From positions 1 to 6,356 of the IMG/VR virus record IMGVR_UViG_3300045988_023818: DNA of 6,356 nucleotides, one strand, 5' to 3'. A model generated the notes under the pieces. It did no database searches, was not told the DNA's origin, and was given only the letters and a program-made list of their open reading frames with translations. The translations under genes were made by a program, and so were the position numbers. This stretch comes from a virus. Positions 3,243-6,356 of the stretch are shown in pieces (position 1 is the first letter of the stretch; every line of letters starts with the position of its first letter).

Positions 3243-4304
3243 CTACCAGGGTAAAAAATTACCTATAGTATTACCAATAGCCGTACCGTAAGAAACAGCT
3301 TTATCAGAATCGTAGTACTTGTATTTCTTACCTTCATTACGAGAGCGATACCAATCCTCAATACTACGAGAACGAGCACGCTCACGATTATATTTAGAGG
3401 CTTCAAGTTCATACTCTGCATTCGAATTATTAGCAGCATTAGATGAACGAATAAGAGAATCAGCAGTAGACTCAGCAACCTTATTGCTAATTCTCTGACC
3501 TTTAGCACGGGCATAAGTCAAGACCTCATCAGCAAGAACCTTCTTTGCCTGGTTATAATTCAAATGACCGTGAGACATCTGATTATAATACTCGGCAGCT
3601 TTCGTACTTAAGTCAGCCTGCTGTTGCTGATCAAGATACTTATTCAAGACTGTCTTTGCCTCTGCATCAAGCAAGGACATTGTACCTTGGGCTTGAAGTA
3701 AACGACCTGCAAAAGCCATATTATCAAGTTCCTGCATCTCTTTAGAATAACCAAGCTGGGCACGAGCCAAGCCAGTAGCCTTCAAATACTCACGGGTCTC
3801 TTTAGTCATTTTAGACCAATCGACATTAGAAAGAGCCTGCATAGCCTGGGCATCCGCAAGATTTTTCTGACCTTGTAACTGAGATACCTGGGCTTGCTGA
3901 ACTTGAGACTGAAAAACAGAGCCTATAGATTGAGAAATACCAGAATAATCAGCCTGGAAAGGTTGCATCTGAGCATTACCAGAAGAAGAAGCAGTAGCAC
4001 CGGTGCCAACGGAACCAGCGGCACCAGCAGAACCACCATTCATCATCAGATAAGGATTTAAACCAGCTTCCTCGAGACGTTGGCGTTGGGCAGAAGCAGT
4101 GTTATAGGCATTTTCCTTATTCCACATATCTTCCTGCCAGTTACGCTGCTGTATTGCCATACGCTCGTTAAACTGGTTATTCATCTGATTTATCTTATAA
4201 TTCATTTGGTTGGTTTCACGGACAGACTGGGCATTCTGAGCATTCTGCATCGCAGAAGATCCAGCACTGAACAATCCACCAACCAAAGAACCAAAAAGTC
4301 CCAT
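3243..4304 (-). CDS. Minor capsid / DNA pilot protein (Microviridae VP2 / H-like).
   Basis: 353-aa ORF. It has a Gly-rich N-terminus (MGLFGSLVGGLF), a Q/N-rich coiled region, the family-typical RQRLEEAGLNPYLMM motif (AGLNP), and a Gly/Ala/Ser-rich linker. Its start overlaps the upstream stop as TAATG (4306..4302). Confidence 0.87.
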   Translation of the reverse strand: MGLFGSLVGGLFSAGSSAMQNAQNAQSVRETNQMNYKINQMNNQFNERMAIQQRNWQEDMWNKENAYNTASAQRQRLEEAGLNPYLMMNGGSAGAAGSVGTGATASSSGNAQMQPFQADYSGISQSIGSVFQSQVQQAQVSQLQGQKNLADAQAMQALSNVDWSKMTKETREYLKATGLARAQLGYSKEMQELDNMAFAGRLLQAQGTMSLLDAEAKTVLNKYLDQQQQADLSTKAAEYYNQMSHGHLNYNQAKKVLADEVLTYARAKGQRISNKVAESTADSLIRSSNAANNSNAEYELEASKYNRERARSRSIEDWYRSRNEGKKYKYYDSDKAVSYGTAIGNTIGNFLPW

Positions 4305-4780
4305 TACTCAGAAGAGGCGGAAGAATCGACAGCAGCAACCTCTTCCACTTTTTGTTTAGCATTCTCGGCTTCAATTAAAGATCGAGCTTCACGTTCAAGA
4401 ACTTCAGCATGAGCAGCAAGTTCTTTCGACCAAGCAATAATCTCAGAAGGAGACTGGACATGTCGAGAACGAACTGTCGCCAAAAGGTCGTCATCAGACA
4501 TCTTATCCATAATTTGCTGAATCTGAGAAGAAGAATTACGGCTCTGGCCAAACTTAGAAGCAATAGACAAACCAGCACGAGAAGCCAAGTCCTTAGTATG
4601 GAGAATTAAACGAACATCAGACGTATAACGAACGGGACGAGTCTCATCCGTTTCGTCAATTTCAACACGGAGTTCTTCCGTAGAATCAAACTCGGGTGCA
4701 ACAGAAAAAGTATCGGGAGAAACATCAGGAACTAATAATTCCTGGTTTTCAACAGGGTTTAAAGTAGAAAATACAGCCAT
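4304..4780 (-). CDS. Acidic hypothetical protein, 158 aa. Its position and composition fit an internal scaffolding (VP3-like) protein.
   Basis: The track ORF begins at a TTG (4789). The first ATG is at 4780 (cat at 4778-4780), 11 nt after the VP1 stop, giving MAVFSTLNPVENQ.... The protein is D/E-rich, shares the codon bias of its neighbours, and sits between the capsid and pilot genes. The functional call rests on synteny only. Confidence 0.75.
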   Translation of the reverse strand: MAVFSTLNPVENQELLVPDVSPDTFSVAPEFDSTEELRVEIDETDETRPVRYTSDVRLILHTKDLASRAGLSIASKFGQSRNSSSQIQQIMDKMSDDDLLATVRSRHVQSPSEIIAWSKELAAHAEVLEREARSLIEAENAKQKVEEVAAVDSSASSE

Positions 4781-4791
4781 AACAAACAATA

Positions 4792-6356
4792 TTAATAAGG
4801 TACACCATCACGAGACAAGTTACGAGCAACGTAACAACCAATATAAGAGTTAACCAACAACTGGTCTGAATCCCAGGTAGAATCGGCCTTAACGCCGAAA
4901 ATAGGGTCAAGTACAGAAGGATTAACCTTAAAAAACTTATAATTCAAAACAACACGAGTATTCTTATCAACATCACCTTCTTCATATCCATGAACAAACC
5001 ATCCGGAAAGAAGAGACTCAGTAACAGGAGAAACCCAAGATTTTTGAGTAGTAGTAAACGCACCATTGACAACGTCAAGCTTGGTTTTCCAGTTGAAATA
5101 ACGAGGATTATAACCAGCATTAAACAGGTTAACGATAGAAGCCTTAGGAGAATTGAATATCTGAGTCATAGGGAGAGCCTCCATACCAATGTTGTCAAAT
5201 TCCGGAATAGGAAGAGACTCAGCATCAGTTACAAGTAATTGGCCATCTTGTCCAGTAATCGTATAATCAAGCAAAGGAACGGCATGATAAATACACATAA
5301 CAACACAATGTTCATTAGTTGTATAAGTAAATGAACCATTACCAGCACCAACACCCTTACCAGCAATTATAGCGGAATCACCAGCACCAGCAAGATTGCT
5401 GTTTACAACCTCACTGATGTCAAGATTGCGAGAAATACCACCAATATAGGTACACATATTGGAAAGAGCTTGAGGCAAGTTCACACCAAAATGTTTACGA
5501 ATCTGCTCACGATAATCAGAATCACCGGACTGAGAGATCTCTTTCCAACGTTGAAGGGCCTCGGCTTGACGAAGAGCGAGAACAGTAAATTGACCCTGCA
5601 AACGAGAAAGGTCAACTTGAAGAGAAGAACCAGCAGCAATAATATTAGAAGTAGAAGCATCCTTAGCCGCGAAAGATATCGGAGTAAGAGGAGCATTATA
5701 AGAACCAGTAGTAATAACTTCAGAAGAAGCATCACCACTTGGACTCTTTAAAAATACAGAAGAAGGGATAGAACCCTCAGTATTTGAAATATTAATCACA
5801 GCAACATCGCCAAACTGAGAATTCGGAAGAATACCCATCAGCATATCCTTATTCCAATTACAATATCTGAGGTCGAACATTGTAGGGGATTTCCAATAAG
5901 AAGAAGAGGCATCGGGAGTAACCTCAATAAAATTAGGAGAAACACCGGAATAATAATCAACATTATAAGAAGACGGGTTCGAATTTTCCCACTGAGACCA
6001 GCGGAAAAAATCTTGATAAATCTTCTGGTAAGCCAATAAAGGAAAAACATTTACATAATTGTTCTGAATATATAGTTGAGTATAATCAGAAGATTTTCCG
6101 GAATTTTTCAAAGAAGTAGACCACCAACGATTATCAGAAGAGGGGGCGGTATCAATTATATTACCATATCCAAGATAGCTTAACAATTTATAAGACAAAT
6201 CAGAACGGGAAAAACCAAAAGGATTTCTATAAGAAGAAGAACCCGGAGAAGGAGAATTCCCATTCAGTCGGAAAAGAATAGTAGACAACTGAGAAAGATT
6301 CAAGGAAGGCAAATAGGTTCCAAGAGAAAGACTATGTGTCAAAGACAACGCTTGAA
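4792..6356 (-). CDS. Major capsid protein (VP1/F-like), remaining C-terminal part. The frame is open to the window edge, and 6302-6356 duplicates 1-55.
   Basis: The frame is open from 4792 (TAA at 4792-4794) to the window end. It contains the family-typical stretch FTVLALRQAEALQRWKE and strongly T-ending codons. The track's M at 6348 is an internal Met, not the true start. Confidence 0.93.
   Translation of the reverse strand, partial: QALSLTHSLSLGTYLPSLNLSQLSTILFRLNGNSPSPGSSSYRNPFGFSRSDLSYKLLSYLGYGNIIDTAPSSDNRWWSTSLKNSGKSSDYTQLYIQNNYVNVFPLLAYQKIYQDFFRWSQWENSNPSSYNVDYYSGVSPNFIEVTPDASSSYWKSPTMFDLRYCNWNKDMLMGILPNSQFGDVAVINISNTEGSIPSSVFLKSPSGDASSEVITTGSYNAPLTPISFAAKDASTSNIIAAGSSLQVDLSRLQGQFTVLALRQAEALQRWKEISQSGDSDYREQIRKHFGVNLPQALSNMCTYIGGISRNLDISEVVNSNLAGAGDSAIIAGKGVGAGNGSFTYTTNEHCVVMCIYHAVPLLDYTITGQDGQLLVTDAESLPIPEFDNIGMEALPMTQIFNSPKASIVNLFNAGYNPRYFNWKTKLDVVNGAFTTTQKSWVSPVTESLLSGWFVHGYEEGDVDKNTRVVLNYKFFKVNPSVLDPIFGVKADSTWDSDQLLVNSYIGCYVARNLSRDGVPY
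6302..6356. repeat. Terminal redundancy copy B, identical to 1-55.
   Basis: Same exact 55-nt match. It implies a unit genome length of 6301 nt. Confidence 0.95.

Noticed and set aside
2640-3245. Checked the intergenic region for a hammerhead core (CUGAUGA), CRISPR-like repeats and IS ends.
   Set aside because: No CUGAUGA occurs on either strand in this region. There are no regularly spaced repeats with spacers, and no terminal inverted repeats or transposase ORF.
33-5751. Plus-strand ORFs in the track: 33..365, 457..840, 3545..3745, 4080..4412, 4409..4609, 4990..5238 and 5470..5751.
   Set aside because: All lie antisense to well-supported minus-strand genes. Their compositions are skewed and basic or low-complexity (R/K/N/S-rich), as expected from reading the complement of T-ending codons. 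Microviral genomes are transcribed from one strand. None shows a recognisable motif.
80-6050. Leu/Ile/Phe-rich same-strand ORFs: 80..298, 1696..1989, 3263..3514, 4375..4578, 5481..5738 and 5838..6050. They look like membrane proteins.
   Set aside because: By coordinate arithmetic, every one is in the +1 frame of its host gene. The hydrophobicity comes from the T-rich second codon position, a direct by-product of the host genes' T-ending codon bias.

Overview
The window is a complete, circularly permuted Microviridae (ssDNA phage) genome. Bases 1-55 recur exactly at 6302-6356, which gives a 6301-nt circle. All credible genes lie on the minus strand and are tightly packed, with ATGA and TAATG overlaps. 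In transcription order they are: a 64-aa hypothetical ORF, a possible 29-aa membrane peptide, a 102-aa zinc peptidase of the M15 family, the HUH rolling-circle replication initiator (VP4/A-like, 560 aa), the major capsid protein (VP1/F-like, 620 aa, spanning the window junction), an acidic 158-aa scaffold-like protein, and the pilot/minor capsid protein (VP2/H-like, 353 aa). No Shine-Dalgarno sequences are visible, leaders are A/T-rich, VP1 and VP4 are large, and a TAnnTTTG box is present. Together these point to a Bacteroidota-associated (Alpavirinae-like) lineage, but that is inference only. The unusual part is the single large intergenic region (2648-3242). It has an AT-rich half carrying a perfect 14-bp palindrome and a repeated 11-mer. 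It also has a GC-enriched half of about 370 nt (about 2811-3183) that is not convincingly coding and is packed with hairpins. Five of these are mini-hairpins that read C-GAA-G on the gene-sense strand, which is the presumed packaged strand. I interpret this half as a candidate complementary-strand origin or a structured RNA, and I do not recognise it as any known family. The M15 peptidase and the tiny transmembrane ORF 3 nt upstream of it may form a holin/endolysin-like lysis cassette. Most other ORFs in the six-frame track are antisense or +1-frame by-products of the strong T-ending codon bias.
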